64,000 bases of DNA from a bacterium (GCA_963669175.1 OY769902.1:3904001-3968000), one strand, 5' to 3'. Shown: positions 49,663 through 59,735, counted from the stretch's first letter. Made by a program: numbers and translations. Notes: generated by a model not told the origin, from the letters alone.

Positions 49663-51714
49663 ATGGGTGACAAGAGGCTGTGGTTCAAAGCCGTCATGTT
49701 GTTGGTTGTTGGCCTTATGCTTGTTAGTTTCATGGGTATAGGGTGCAGCGAGGATGATGAAGATACGGTAACGCCTTCACATGGTTCCACACCACCGGAG
49801 GATTTCCAGGGGAGTTGGTATTTATACGCCAAGTATGCGGTTGGTGGATCGACTCTTTATGCAGGCAACAGTCCGCTCCTGGAGCTCTTGGTAGACTCTA
49901 CCGGTACCTGGAAAATGAACATCAACGGCTCTCGGCAGGCATACGGTGATGCTTACTGGAAATCAGTCGGTGATGTGACCTACCTGGATCTCTACCAGGA
50001 AGTGTACGGCGAAACAAAACTTTACAAGTCCATCAAAGTCGCAAGTTATTCAGACTACAAGTGCAAGCTGGAATGGCCGGGCACCGCGACCTCGGATACA
50101 GTAGACGCTGTGGATACGGTTTGGGTGATGGCCCGTGGAACAAACAAGATTTTCGGGTTTGTATCCGATGGCTATAATGATAATGTCGCGCTTTCCACAG
50201 CGACAATTACAGTTTCACCACTGGATATGCCGGATTCCATCATCACCACCTTCCAGCCTGATGGCGACGGTTTCTATATGCGGGATGAAACCGAACCGGT
50301 AACGTACAGCATCACTCATGACAACTTCGATTATACCGAACTGGATGTTACCCCCTCACTGGAACGTCCCAAGTTTGCAATCTTCGCTCTGCAACCTCCT
50401 GTTGTCGGTCATATCAGCGGAACCGTCAAAGATGAGGAGACAGACAGAGGCATTGCTGAAGCTCAAGTATGGTCAAATACTGGTGATTCAACCATTACCG
50501 ACTCTGAAGGCAACTATTCCTTTGATGTTCATGCCGGCAGCCGCAGAATTCTCTATGCCAGCCATCCGGATTACCATCAGAACAACCGGATGATGAACAT
50601 TGCTGCAGATGCTGACATTACCGTGAATTGGAACCTTACACCACTTCCCACAACCGGTGTATTGAATGTTCATACGTACAGCATCCACACTGAGCTTCCG
50701 ATTGGCTACAGTACAGTCATTATTGACGACTCACTGGAATACCATACAAACAACTATGGTAACGTGAGTATCGTTTTGACTGGCGGCGCCCATGATGTCC
50801 TCGCGCAGCAGGAAGGCTATCGTGACACCCTGGTTACTGCCGAAGTAGTCCTTGGTGGGAGATGCGATATCGATGTTTTCCTGACACGTCTTCCGGCAAG
50901 CGTAAGCGGCATGATCACTGACGCTGTTTCCAGTGAACCCATTCAGGATGTGCAGGTTGTTTCTGAAGAGGGTGATACTGTTTATACTGATGCGTCCGGG
51001 CTGTATGCTTTCAATGTCTGGCCGAATAACCAGACCATCTTCGTAACCAAAGACGGCTACTTTGATCAGCAAGCGGCTATCACGCCTTATCCCGGCGACG
51101 AGATCACATTGAACTTTGAACTTATCTACATCCCGGATGAAACCACTCTGGACACCCTGGTTTATGACCCGACTTCAGTGACCGCGTTCGGTTATATTCC
51201 TGGTGGTATCCTGGGTACAACCATGACCACGGAAAATCAGGCCAGGCTGATTGAACTCTGGTACTACACCACAATCGATCCTGGTTTCACCCAGGTAGAT
51301 TTTGATGCAGTCCTGTATTCAGTTACCTCTGATTCAACTGAACCTGTACAACAGATCTACTCAACAAATATTATGCGTTCCCAGAATCCCAGTACTTACA
51401 TCTGGGTCAAGGAAAACATCCAGTTGGAAGATATCCAGGTTAACGGCCACTTCTTCGTAGGCTTTGAAGATATCGGTGGTGAGACCTTCCTCGGTTACAA
51501 CGAGAACTACATCAACCATCGTACCTGGGGCTGGAATGCTGACAATGGCTGGATGGATTATCGTGAAAGCCTGTTGGTCAATATTCGCGTTGTCATTCAG
51601 AACCTGGATGGTTCCTACAGTGTGCTTGGCGGTGACGATTTCCCGCGTGGCCCGCTGTATGTGCCGGCTTCCGGTTCACAGTTGCCGTACGCTATAAGGA
51701 CATTGGGCAACTGA
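49663..51714 (+). CDS. Lipoprotein with carboxypeptidase-regulatory-like repeats
   Basis: GIGC lipobox + SEDDED; repeated SG.V.D...TD..G.Y.F units; AGGAG RBS. Confidence 0.8.
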   Translation: MGDKRLWFKAVMLLVVGLMLVSFMGIGCSEDDEDTVTPSHGSTPPEDFQGSWYLYAKYAVGGSTLYAGNSPLLELLVDSTGTWKMNINGSRQAYGDAYWKSVGDVTYLDLYQEVYGETKLYKSIKVASYSDYKCKLEWPGTATSDTVDAVDTVWVMARGTNKIFGFVSDGYNDNVALSTATITVSPLDMPDSIITTFQPDGDGFYMRDETEPVTYSITHDNFDYTELDVTPSLERPKFAIFALQPPVVGHISGTVKDEETDRGIAEAQVWSNTGDSTITDSEGNYSFDVHAGSRRILYASHPDYHQNNRMMNIAADADITVNWNLTPLPTTGVLNVHTYSIHTELPIGYSTVIIDDSLEYHTNNYGNVSIVLTGGAHDVLAQQEGYRDTLVTAEVVLGGRCDIDVFLTRLPASVSGMITDAVSSEPIQDVQVVSEEGDTVYTDASGLYAFNVWPNNQTIFVTKDGYFDQQAAITPYPGDEITLNFELIYIPDETTLDTLVYDPTSVTAFGYIPGGILGTTMTTENQARLIELWYYTTIDPGFTQVDFDAVLYSVTSDSTEPVQQIYSTNIMRSQNPSTYIWVKENIQLEDIQVNGHFFVGFEDIGGETFLGYNENYINHRTWGWNADNGWMDYRESLLVNIRVVIQNLDGSYSVLGGDDFPRGPLYVPASGSQLPYAIRTLGN

Positions 51715-51742
51715 TATTGGATAACTCATAGAACTGCCTTTC

Positions 51743-51775
51743 AACCTGCTCCCTTCGGGGAGTAGGTTTTTTTTT
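51743..51775 (+). terminator. Intrinsic terminator
   Basis: AACCTGCTCCC-TTCG-GGGAGTAGGTT followed by poly-T. Confidence 0.9.
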
Positions 51776-51907
51776 GTGCATATTCGATTGGAAATGGGAA
51801 CTGAAGAGGATCCCGTAGTTTGGACAGGTTCTTCGCTAAAGATGACACAATTCGATATTGTTCATAAGCATCGGAACATCATTTGCCTGTCCTCTGGCAC
51901 ATTATTA

Positions 51908-52147
51908 CTACTCCGCAGGAGTTGGATAAGTGAGCCCAGGGTTGGGCATCGTCTGTTTGATGCAAACCCTGGGTTCGACAGACGAGTAAAGTCAACTCTG
52001 AAAGAGTTGGATAGAGGCTGGCACAAATCATAGACACAAACCTTATCCAACTCCTGCGGAGTAGGTTTATTTTCATTCTTTACCCCGGGTGCGCGCCAAA
52101 CTGACGGCGCGTACCCGGGGCTCACTTTTCGTACTCCTTCGGAGTAC
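51908..52147. repeat. REP/BIME-like palindrome cluster with GTCTGTTT and AAACTGAC loop hairpins
   Basis: Perfect 23-bp inverted repeat 51908-51930 / 52042-52064; long hairpins 51932-51976 and 52083-52120; short ACTC..GAGT palindromes. Confidence 0.85.
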
Positions 52148-52386
52148 TCCACACTATTGACCTCATTTCCCTCAAATGCGTTGGGTACTTGTCTGACTGT
52201 AACTGATCCTCTGGAATACCTCAATTCCACACACAATAATCGCCTCAATTCTGCAAACAAAAGTCGCCTCTGGTTGATATCGATGCTCGAAAACAATGTC
52301 GCATTGCGCTCAATGCATAGGCATAACCACTTCTTCGAAAAACAATTTCTATCCCATTCCAAACAGCGAGACACCTAAAAACAGAA

Positions 52387-52409
52387 AACCGCCTCAAAAA
52401 AAGGCGGTT
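52387..52409 (-). terminator. Probable terminator after tatA
   Basis: AACCGCCT / AGGCGGTT stem just downstream of tatA. Confidence 0.6.
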
Positions 52410-52432
52410 CTATATCAGCAGTCAAACCTGAC

Positions 52433-52624
52433 TCAGTCTTTATCTTCGGGGATCTTTTTGTTCTCGTCCTCTTCGTCCTTGATCCCCTTCTTGAACTCCT
52501 TCACCCCGGTTCCAAGGCCACGCATCATCTCAGGAATCTTGCGACCGCCGAACAGCAGTAGCACGACAGCCACAACCAGGATGATCTCCCAATGCCCGGG
52601 AATATATAACAGGACAAAATGCAT
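52433..52624 (-). CDS. tatA: Twin-arginine translocase subunit TatA/E
   Basis: G.WE..L...VLLLFG..KIPE....LG.G.KEFK. Confidence 0.93.
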   Translation of the reverse strand: MHFVLLYIPGHWEIILVVAVVLLLFGGRKIPEMMRGLGTGVKEFKKGIKDEEDENKKIPEDKD

Positions 52625-52632
52625 GAGATCTC

Positions 52633-53028
52633 CTACTCGTCGGCCTGTTGTTCTGAAAACAGGTTGATGATCTTGACCATTACCGTGGTCTCAAGGTATT
52701 CAAGATCAATCGGCTTTGTCACAAAATCAGCGGCGCCAAGCTTCAAGGCTTCACGGCCGATACTGATTTCCTGGACTGCCGTAACCATGATAACGCCAAC
52801 ATCCGGATCAACCTTGCGAATAGCACGTAGTGTTTCAATGCCATCCATCTCCGGCATGCGAACATCAAGCAGAATAATATGTGGCTTGAAGACCCGCAAT
52901 TTTTCAACAGCTTCCTGACCGCTGTTGGCCACTTCCGGCGTATACTGTTTCATCCGGAAAAACGCTGCGAGGAAATCGGTGATGTCCGTTTCGTCGTCAA
53001 CGATCAGAATCCGTCCTTTGCTTTCCAT
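52633..53028 (-). CDS. Single-domain response regulator
   Basis: [30 protein letters not shown]. Confidence 0.9.
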   Translation of the reverse strand: MESKGRILIVDDETDITDFLAAFFRMKQYTPEVANSGQEAVEKLRVFKPHIILLDVRMPEMDGIETLRAIRKVDPDVGVIMVTAVQEISIGREALKLGAADFVTKPIDLEYLETTVMVKIINLFSEQQADE

Positions 53029-53120
53029 GAAACTCTCTTGTAAGGCCTGTTTCTTTTCCGAACCTAATTTAACAAAAGTAAAACCCAAATACTCCACATT
53101 CAAGCCGGAATCCACACCTT

Positions 53121-54026
53121 TTACAGTTCCCGGTCCCTTTTATTGGAGGACAATGTATGTTGCCGGGCGAGCTCCTCCGCACGATAGGAGGATCTGACCA
53201 GAGGACCACTCGCAACATATTCATATCCTATTGATTTTGCGTACTCTTCATACTGTTCAAACTGTTCCGGCGTGACATAGCGAACGACGGGAAGATGGTG
53301 CCCGGAAGGCGCCAGGTACTGGCCGATTGTGATGCTGACAACGCCCGCCTCTCGAGCGAGTTTCATGGTTTTCTGGATTTCCTCGTCGGTCTCACCCAAG
53401 CCTACCATGATGCCTGTCTTCACAGGGATATCCCCCGGATGTTCCGAGGCAATGCGAAGCGCCGCGAGAGAATCCTGAAAACTTGCTCGTCGGTCCCGTA
53501 TCTGACTGGTCAATCGTTCAACTGTTTCAAGATTGTGAGCAAAAACATCCGGCTGCGCATCAAGCACATGAAAAATGGCTTCCCGGTCCACCTGGAAGTC
53601 CGGAGTAAGCACTTCAATGCCTACGTCGGGACAATGCCTGCGTACCTGCCTGATCACCTCCGCAAAATGCCCCGCTCCAAAATCGGGGAGATCATCACGA
53701 TCCACCGAAGTGATCACTGCGTAGTGAATCCCCAGCTCTGCAATGGACTGGGCCACATGCTCTGGTTCTTCGGGATCGAGTGGCAGTGGTTTCCCGCTGG
53801 TCACATCACAGAATTTGCAGTGACGGGTACAGATGGCGCCCATGATGAGAAATGTGCAAGTCCCACGGTTGTAACATTCACCCCGGTTGGGGCAGTCGGA
53901 TTCCTCACAAACCGTATGCAACCCAAGTTCACGCAGACTCTTGCGAACTCGTTTTGCTTCAGCCGTTTTCTGCCACTGCGTCCGTATCCAGCGTGGTTTG
54001 CGCAGCGTGTCTACCTTTACGCTCAT
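53121..54026 (-). CDS. lipA: Lipoyl synthase
   Basis: TVCEES.CPN..EC, CTRHCKFC, TSVDRDDL, HNLETV, GQYLAP, GPLVRSSY. Confidence 0.97.
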   Translation of the reverse strand: MSVKVDTLRKPRWIRTQWQKTAEAKRVRKSLRELGLHTVCEESDCPNRGECYNRGTCTFLIMGAICTRHCKFCDVTSGKPLPLDPEEPEHVAQSIAELGIHYAVITSVDRDDLPDFGAGHFAEVIRQVRRHCPDVGIEVLTPDFQVDREAIFHVLDAQPDVFAHNLETVERLTSQIRDRRASFQDSLAALRIASEHPGDIPVKTGIMVGLGETDEEIQKTMKLAREAGVVSITIGQYLAPSGHHLPVVRYVTPEQFEQYEEYAKSIGYEYVASGPLVRSSYRAEELARQHTLSSNKRDREL

Positions 54027-55401
54027 CTACTTTCACCAGAAGAATAATACCAACGACAAAGAAAAACACCAGGGAAACAATACCGACCCTGAGCGAACCT
54101 GTAACCCAGACCACCAGGCCATAAACCAGTGGTCCCATAATCGTTGAAAGCTTTCCGCCAACAGCGAAGAAGCTGAAGAATTCAGCTTCATGCCCTTGTG
54201 GAACAAATGTGGAAAGCAAGCCGCGAGCCACAGACTGGCTTGCGCCCATGACCATACCTACCACTACGCCAAGCGCATAATACTCACGTATTGGGTGCCC
54301 GCTCCACCCGATAAAGTAAGCAGCAACGACAACACCGCACCAGATGACAAGTGTCAGCACCAGCGACCACTTGTTCCCCATCCACTCCGTCAGTTTTCCG
54401 AACAGGGTCGAGCCGAAAAAAGCGGTAAACTGAATCATGAGGAAGAACATGACCAGTTGCCCGGCGTCCATACCCAACTCCTGTCCACCGAAAATGGAGG
54501 CCATGCGTATTACGGTTTCAATACCCTCGGAGAAGAACAGGTAAGCTATCAGAAACCGCGCCATTTCCTTGTAATGCCCGAGATGACGAAGGGTCGTGCT
54601 TAGCCTGTGGATAGCATCTCGAGCGCTTTCCATATAGCCTGCTGTAGCGCGAGGCATCCGTTCACGAACATTTAACAGCAGTGGAATGGAAAACAGCAGC
54701 CACCAGATGGAAACGCTGAGAAAAGTATGCTGCACAGTAAATAACGGAAATGATGCTGTGTAGCCGGTAAAACCGTTGCCACTTCCCATTGACGGTAATG
54801 TGAGAACAAAAGGAACTTTCAGCATGGCCAGGTTGATCGCCAGTAATGTTCCCCCGCCGATGTACCCTATCCCCCATCCCCAGCCGGAGACCTTGCCGGC
54901 TTCATCCGGTGTGGCGATTTCATTGAGAAGCGCGTTGTAATACACATTTCCTGCTGCAAAACCGATGTTGGCGACAATGAACCACAGCCCGCCCTTCAAC
55001 CAGTCACCCGGCCCCACTGTAGCCAGCATGGCTGTGCCAATAACACCCATGAACAGGAATAATGCCAGGAAGCGTTTCTTCGCGACCCGCGCATCGGCCC
55101 ATGCGCCAAAGAAAGGAGAGCTTAGCACCACAATACTCATGGCGATGGCGATGATAAAGGTGAACATCGTCGCGCCGGGCACACGAAACGTATGTTCGAA
55201 TGCCGATATCAAGGTGCCTTGAGCGCCACCTGCGACAACATCGGAATAGTAGAAATTGTAGATGACTGCCAGAATGGTTGTTGCAAACGCGGAGTTCGCA
55301 AAATCATAGAAGCACCAGGATAGTACCTCTTTCCTTCCGGCTTTACTTGTCGTGAACAATCGGATGAATCGCTCTCCCCTGAAAAACAACCCCTGCCGCA
55401 T
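53959..55401 (-). CDS. MFS transporter, UMF1/BtlA (Atg22-like) family
   Basis: SWC.YDFANSAF, YNALL, VSG.GW..GY.GG, WWLLFSIPL, QS..R, AEFF. Confidence 0.9.
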   Translation of the reverse strand: MRQGLFFRGERFIRLFTTSKAGRKEVLSWCFYDFANSAFATTILAVIYNFYYSDVVAGGAQGTLISAFEHTFRVPGATMFTFIIAIAMSIVVLSSPFFGAWADARVAKKRFLALFLFMGVIGTAMLATVGPGDWLKGGLWFIVANIGFAAGNVYYNALLNEIATPDEAGKVSGWGWGIGYIGGGTLLAINLAMLKVPFVLTLPSMGSGNGFTGYTASFPLFTVQHTFLSVSIWWLLFSIPLLLNVRERMPRATAGYMESARDAIHRLSTTLRHLGHYKEMARFLIAYLFFSEGIETVIRMASIFGGQELGMDAGQLVMFFLMIQFTAFFGSTLFGKLTEWMGNKWSLVLTLVIWCGVVVAAYFIGWSGHPIREYYALGVVVGMVMGASQSVARGLLSTFVPQGHEAEFFSFFAVGGKLSTIMGPLVYGLVVWVTGSLRVGIVSLVFFFVVGIILLVKVDERKGRHAAQTTLDTDAVAENG

Positions 55402-55455
55402 CCGGCAGGGGCAATATACGCAACAAGATGTTCGGTATCAGCGAAACAACGCTAT

Positions 55456-56493
55456 TTATTCCGAAAGCAATCCTTCCACCATCGTGCTGAGTTCTTCATA
55501 CTCTACCGCCCCCACACGATACTGGATAATCCCTTCCTCATCCACCAGGAAATTGGTAGGAAAATCCATAATGCTATATAATTCCTGGATGATGTGCTGC
55601 CAATTGTCACCGTTGTACAGCATCGGAAAAGTTAAACCGATATCCTTCACATCCTGGAATTCTGGAATATTATCGTTGTTGTATCCTGCGTTGACAGCTA
55701 GAATACGGAATCCAGCATCCTGATGATCCTGGTACACCTGTTCCAATCCGGGAAATTCCGCCCTGCAGGGAGCGCATTCAGAGTGCCAGAAATTGACCAG
55801 CAGAACACGTCCACGGTATTGCGCTGGCGAGAAAGGGCCACCGGAGAAGTCCGTCCCGGTAAAGCTGTTCAATTCAAATTCAGGCGCCAGTGTTCCCACA
55901 GTATTGCCGGTTTCAACCTCTTCCAGGGTAAAACTGAGCGTCGCTGAATCAGCGGCAACCGCATCCAGAGCATAACCGGACGGAGACACAGTTTTCATCC
56001 CGGGCGCATAACAGGAAATGAAGTATTCACCGGGCGTCAACAGGAATTCAGCAGGCGTTGTATACTCGGAAAGCTGGTCGTCAACAATCACAATTGCATT
56101 TTCCGCATCAGATTCAACAAATACACTTTGGTTGTTGAAAACACTTGTATCCGGTTCATTGAACTGCAAGACAGCAAACGCTGTATCCGGCGGAACAAGC
56201 TCAACCGTCTGCGTCACAGTAACATATCCCTGGCCCGGACGCACGGAAACTGTGTACTGCCCTTCGATCTTGTTACTGATCACGGCAGGCGTACGCAGGG
56301 TCTGGAGCTGGTCGTTGATAAATATCGAAGCTCCTTCGATGCTGTCGCCAGTTGTTGTATCCACCGCGGACACACTGATCACCCCACGTGCGGGCAGATC
56401 GGTCTCCTCGATCTCACACCCGATAACTGCCAGGCACAACAATACACACACTATCAGCGTCGGTCCCTGCATGAAACCGTAACGTCGCTGCAT
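55456..56493 (-). CDS. Lipoprotein: PEGA-like repeats fused to a TlpA-type thioredoxin
   Basis: VIGC lipobox; GASIFIN...TP and TPA...PG.Y PEGA-like units; APEF.L, VNFW..CAPC..E.P, PTNFLVD..G.I. Confidence 0.82.
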   Translation of the reverse strand: MQRRYGFMQGPTLIVCVLLCLAVIGCEIEETDLPARGVISVSAVDTTTGDSIEGASIFINDQLQTLRTPAVISNKIEGQYTVSVRPGQGYVTVTQTVELVPPDTAFAVLQFNEPDTSVFNNQSVFVESDAENAIVIVDDQLSEYTTPAEFLLTPGEYFISCYAPGMKTVSPSGYALDAVAADSATLSFTLEEVETGNTVGTLAPEFELNSFTGTDFSGGPFSPAQYRGRVLLVNFWHSECAPCRAEFPGLEQVYQDHQDAGFRILAVNAGYNNDNIPEFQDVKDIGLTFPMLYNGDNWQHIIQELYSIMDFPTNFLVDEEGIIQYRVGAVEYEELSTMVEGLLSE

Positions 56494-56682
56494 GGCACTT
56501 CTCCTTCGTTGACCGATCCACATGCCAGTATCCCAGAAAATACAAGAATTGAGAAGCATTTCAAAGCCTGTCTTAATTCATATCCTGTGATCGCCGCCTC
56601 ATAAGCAGCAAGAATAATTCATTGATATCACTATTCTTACAACAACCAACACAATCAACTTCGCTCAGGAAAACAAATCCAA

Positions 56683-59043
56683 CTACCCGTGCCACCAATG
56701 CAGCATGCTATCCAGCAACACTTCCCTGTCATCGGTGACGTCCGAATCAGCCAACCATTCCGGCGCAATGGTTTCATATTGAGGCGTGGCGAAACGATCC
56801 CCGACGAACAGAAGGATTCCACGTTGATCCGGATTTCGAAGCAATCGGCCACTGGCTTGCACTACAGTCCGCATCGCCGGGATGGCATAAGTTTCCAGGT
56901 ATCCCGCCTCACCACGTTCATCGAGCACGGTACGAAGAATCTCGTTCTCCGGTGTAATAGGCGGCAACGCAGGACCAATCACTGCCAATCCATTGTACGC
57001 GCCAACCGCAAGGTCTACACCTTCACGCAGGGGACCGTGTATCTCCAGCACATGGACTTGCGGTTTGGAATCTCGTGAAGCGTTATGGATCAGGAACCGC
57101 ATGACTTTCTGATCTCCGCCACGTATCGCCAGCGTATTGATATCCGTCCTGCTTTTCAACGCCAGGGTCAACCATTCCTGGTACTGTTTCGACGACACAA
57201 AAACCAGCCATGCGCCCCCGGTTGTCATCTCTGCATCCGCGAGAAGATCCGCCAGGTCTACCAGCGTGTTTTCACGGTCCCGCGCACGAGTCGACACCCC
57301 AGAGTAGCGGATAACCAGCCGATGATCGCGTAATATTGTATCCGGAGCCTGTAGCGTATCCGTATGCTCACCATCCAGTCCCAGTTCCTTCAGGATGACC
57401 TGAAACGGGGATAGTGTAGCGGAGAACGCAATCACTGATGAACAGCACTGCCATCGTGGTTGCAGGTACGAGGCGGGCGTGACCAATACCATATTCAGCA
57501 TCGGGGCGGGAATATCACGGCTGGCATAGGTGGCAAAGGAAGCAAGCCGCCCGGTAGCGAAAGCCGCAGCATGAATTGCTCTCAACACATCATCGGTCTC
57601 GTCACCCTGCTCGCTTCGCCCCGTACTGAGTACCAACGCGCATTCCTGCAACGGTGTGATCAGGTGATCCAATTCGGAATCCAGCCGGGTATAGAGAACC
57701 GTCTGATCCTCATCAAAAATTTCATCAAAAACGTCTCTGGCCCTGACAAGGAACTGACGGATCAACGCGCCAGCCTGACGTTCGATCAAACCGCCAAGCA
57801 TTTCCAGTTCCTGCCCCTTCTCTTCCAGTTGTATCAGGTTCAGGTGAACCAGTTGTGAAGCCCGCAACCGGTCCACAATACCATGCGCTTCATCCATCAA
57901 CAGGATCGTGCGTGGATGACGGTGATCTTCAGCGGTGAACCAGCCTGACGGTTGCATGAAAGGCTGGATGAAATAATTCTGATCACCGATCAGTACGTCC
58001 GCCATTCGAGTCAGGTCTTTTTGTAATCGTCTGGGGCAAACATCCTGCTCATCAGCAAGTTTGACCAGTTCCTTGCGTGAAAGAATGCCCTCGAAGCGTT
58101 CCCACGCTTTCTCTGCCCATTCCGGCGGTTCCCAGGGATCAAAAAGCGTTTCCACACGTCCTGCTTCACGACAGGCGCAGTATTCATCCACACAAAGCCG
58201 TTCACCGGCAGTCAGGTTTAGAATCCGTCCACGCGCCTCAACTGGAATCGCAGCACGGACCAGTTTTATCCTGTCGTTCTGCTGCGCAGTCCGTGACGTT
58301 GCATAGGCTACACGTTGACGAGTAGAAGCGGCATGTTTCAGCGCTGTTATCAGGATTGGCGCCGTCTTGCCGCTTCCAGTCGGCGCTTCGAGTAGCAGGT
58401 TTCGTTTGTTGTCCAGCGCCTTTGCTACCGCGTCTTCCATTTCACGCTGGTTGATCCGGTATTCCGGGTAGGGCCAGTAAATTCGCCGTGCCGCTTTCGC
58501 ACGTTCCTCCAGGCGCTTTTCTTCTTTCTCGAACCAGCGCAGGATGATATGCAGGCGCTCCATGATCACTGTTTCAAGGTGTATCATTTCCGGATCGATG
58601 ACACTTCGCACCGATTCTCCGGTCCACAGGTCAACTCGTGTCAGGCAAACCTTGACCAGGTCACCGGTCAACCGTTGTTGCATCCAGGAGTAGATTTCTC
58701 CCTGCAAACGGTGCGAATCCAGCGGTTCCCCCTCCAATCCGCTGGTAACACTTTTGATCTCTTCAACAACGGTGAATTGTTTCATTTTCCAGCGGCCATC
58801 AATTCGACCACGGAGGAAGACGGTATGCTCGCCAATTTCCAGTTTGACCTCAAGCGGAACTTCAACTTCATAGGAAGGTTTTTTCGTGGCCTGGTATTCG
58901 GTGTATTGCTGATGGGCACGTTGCCCGAGTAGCGAACGGTCGGCGACTGTCCAGCTCCGGGATTCGCTGCGTCGTTCTTTCCAGAGCAGATCGCTGACGG
59001 AAATACGTAGAGATCGTGTATGTGCGTCAAATCGTGGAGGCAT
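56683..59043 (-). CDS. DinG/XPD-family Fe-S helicase with N-terminal PD-(D/E)xK nuclease domain
   Basis: G...H, GRIDG, EEIKS, Q...Y nuclease motifs; EAPTGSGKT, Cys cluster, DEAH, SAT, EGVD, QASGRLLR. Confidence 0.85.
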   Translation of the reverse strand: MPPRFDAHTRSLRISVSDLLWKERRSESRSWTVADRSLLGQRAHQQYTEYQATKKPSYEVEVPLEVKLEIGEHTVFLRGRIDGRWKMKQFTVVEEIKSVTSGLEGEPLDSHRLQGEIYSWMQQRLTGDLVKVCLTRVDLWTGESVRSVIDPEMIHLETVIMERLHIILRWFEKEEKRLEERAKAARRIYWPYPEYRINQREMEDAVAKALDNKRNLLLEAPTGSGKTAPILITALKHAASTRQRVAYATSRTAQQNDRIKLVRAAIPVEARGRILNLTAGERLCVDEYCACREAGRVETLFDPWEPPEWAEKAWERFEGILSRKELVKLADEQDVCPRRLQKDLTRMADVLIGDQNYFIQPFMQPSGWFTAEDHRHPRTILLMDEAHGIVDRLRASQLVHLNLIQLEEKGQELEMLGGLIERQAGALIRQFLVRARDVFDEIFDEDQTVLYTRLDSELDHLITPLQECALVLSTGRSEQGDETDDVLRAIHAAAFATGRLASFATYASRDIPAPMLNMVLVTPASYLQPRWQCCSSVIAFSATLSPFQVILKELGLDGEHTDTLQAPDTILRDHRLVIRYSGVSTRARDRENTLVDLADLLADAEMTTGGAWLVFVSSKQYQEWLTLALKSRTDINTLAIRGGDQKVMRFLIHNASRDSKPQVHVLEIHGPLREGVDLAVGAYNGLAVIGPALPPITPENEILRTVLDERGEAGYLETYAIPAMRTVVQASGRLLRNPDQRGILLFVGDRFATPQYETIAPEWLADSDVTDDREVLLDSMLHWWHG

Positions 59044-59094
59044 GCCGGAAGATAAGGCAAGGAAGTGTATGGGAAAAACAACAGGAGGATTGAT

Positions 59095-59724
59095 TTACAT
59101 CGAGCGGTAAAGCATTTCCTTTTCGATAATAGCAGCGACGCCCGGTGGTACCAGATCACGAATATCCTGCTCTGCTGCGACCATTTCACGAACCTGTGTC
59201 GAAGAAGTATCCATCACGGGAATCTCGATCAACATGACACGATCCAGCCAGGCCGCTGCATTTTCACTGCGCTCTTCTTTCCCGCGGTTCATAACTGCAA
59301 CTTCGACCAGCTCAAGTATTTCCTCCGGTTCACGCCAGCGATAGAAGCTGTTCAGGGCATCCATGCCGAAAATCAGTGTGAAGTGAGTTTCTGGAAAAGT
59401 AGAGGTAAAATGACGAAGTGTTTCAACTGTAAACGAAGGCCCTTCGCGATCAAGTTCAGAAGTATCGATGCAGAAATCAGGGCTATGCCCCAACGCGGCC
59501 TCCAGCATTTGCAGGCGTATCGCGGGGGGTGTCACTTCACGGTCCAGCTTATGAGGACTGACGCGATTCAGGACGAAAAGGATTTTGTCAAGCTGCAATA
59601 TCCTTTGCGCATGTTCCGCCGCGATAAGATGTGCGCGCGTCGGTGGATCGAAGCTCCCGCCGAACAAGCCAACTCGCTCGTTCGGCTTCAGGCTGTACCT
59701 GCCCTTGCCCTCTGTCTCCCCCAC
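59095..59724 (-). CDS. nadD: Nicotinate-nucleotide adenylyltransferase
   Basis: GLFGGSFDPPT.AH, SPHK, PSFT..TL, G.D...F..W, SST.VR. Confidence 0.95.
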   Translation of the reverse strand: MGETEGKGRYSLKPNERVGLFGGSFDPPTRAHLIAAEHAQRILQLDKILFVLNRVSPHKLDREVTPPAIRLQMLEAALGHSPDFCIDTSELDREGPSFTVETLRHFTSTFPETHFTLIFGMDALNSFYRWREPEEILELVEVAVMNRGKEERSENAAAWLDRVMLIEIPVMDTSSTQVREMVAAEQDIRDLVPPGVAAIIEKEMLYRSM

Positions 59725-59735
59725 ACTGCCACCTG

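Noticed and set aside
51862-52374. 170-aa minus-strand ORF
   Set aside because: Runs through the palindrome cassette with no protein-like signature.
56683-59043. Cas4/CasDinG type IV CRISPR module
   Set aside because: No csf/cas genes or array nearby; the context is housekeeping.
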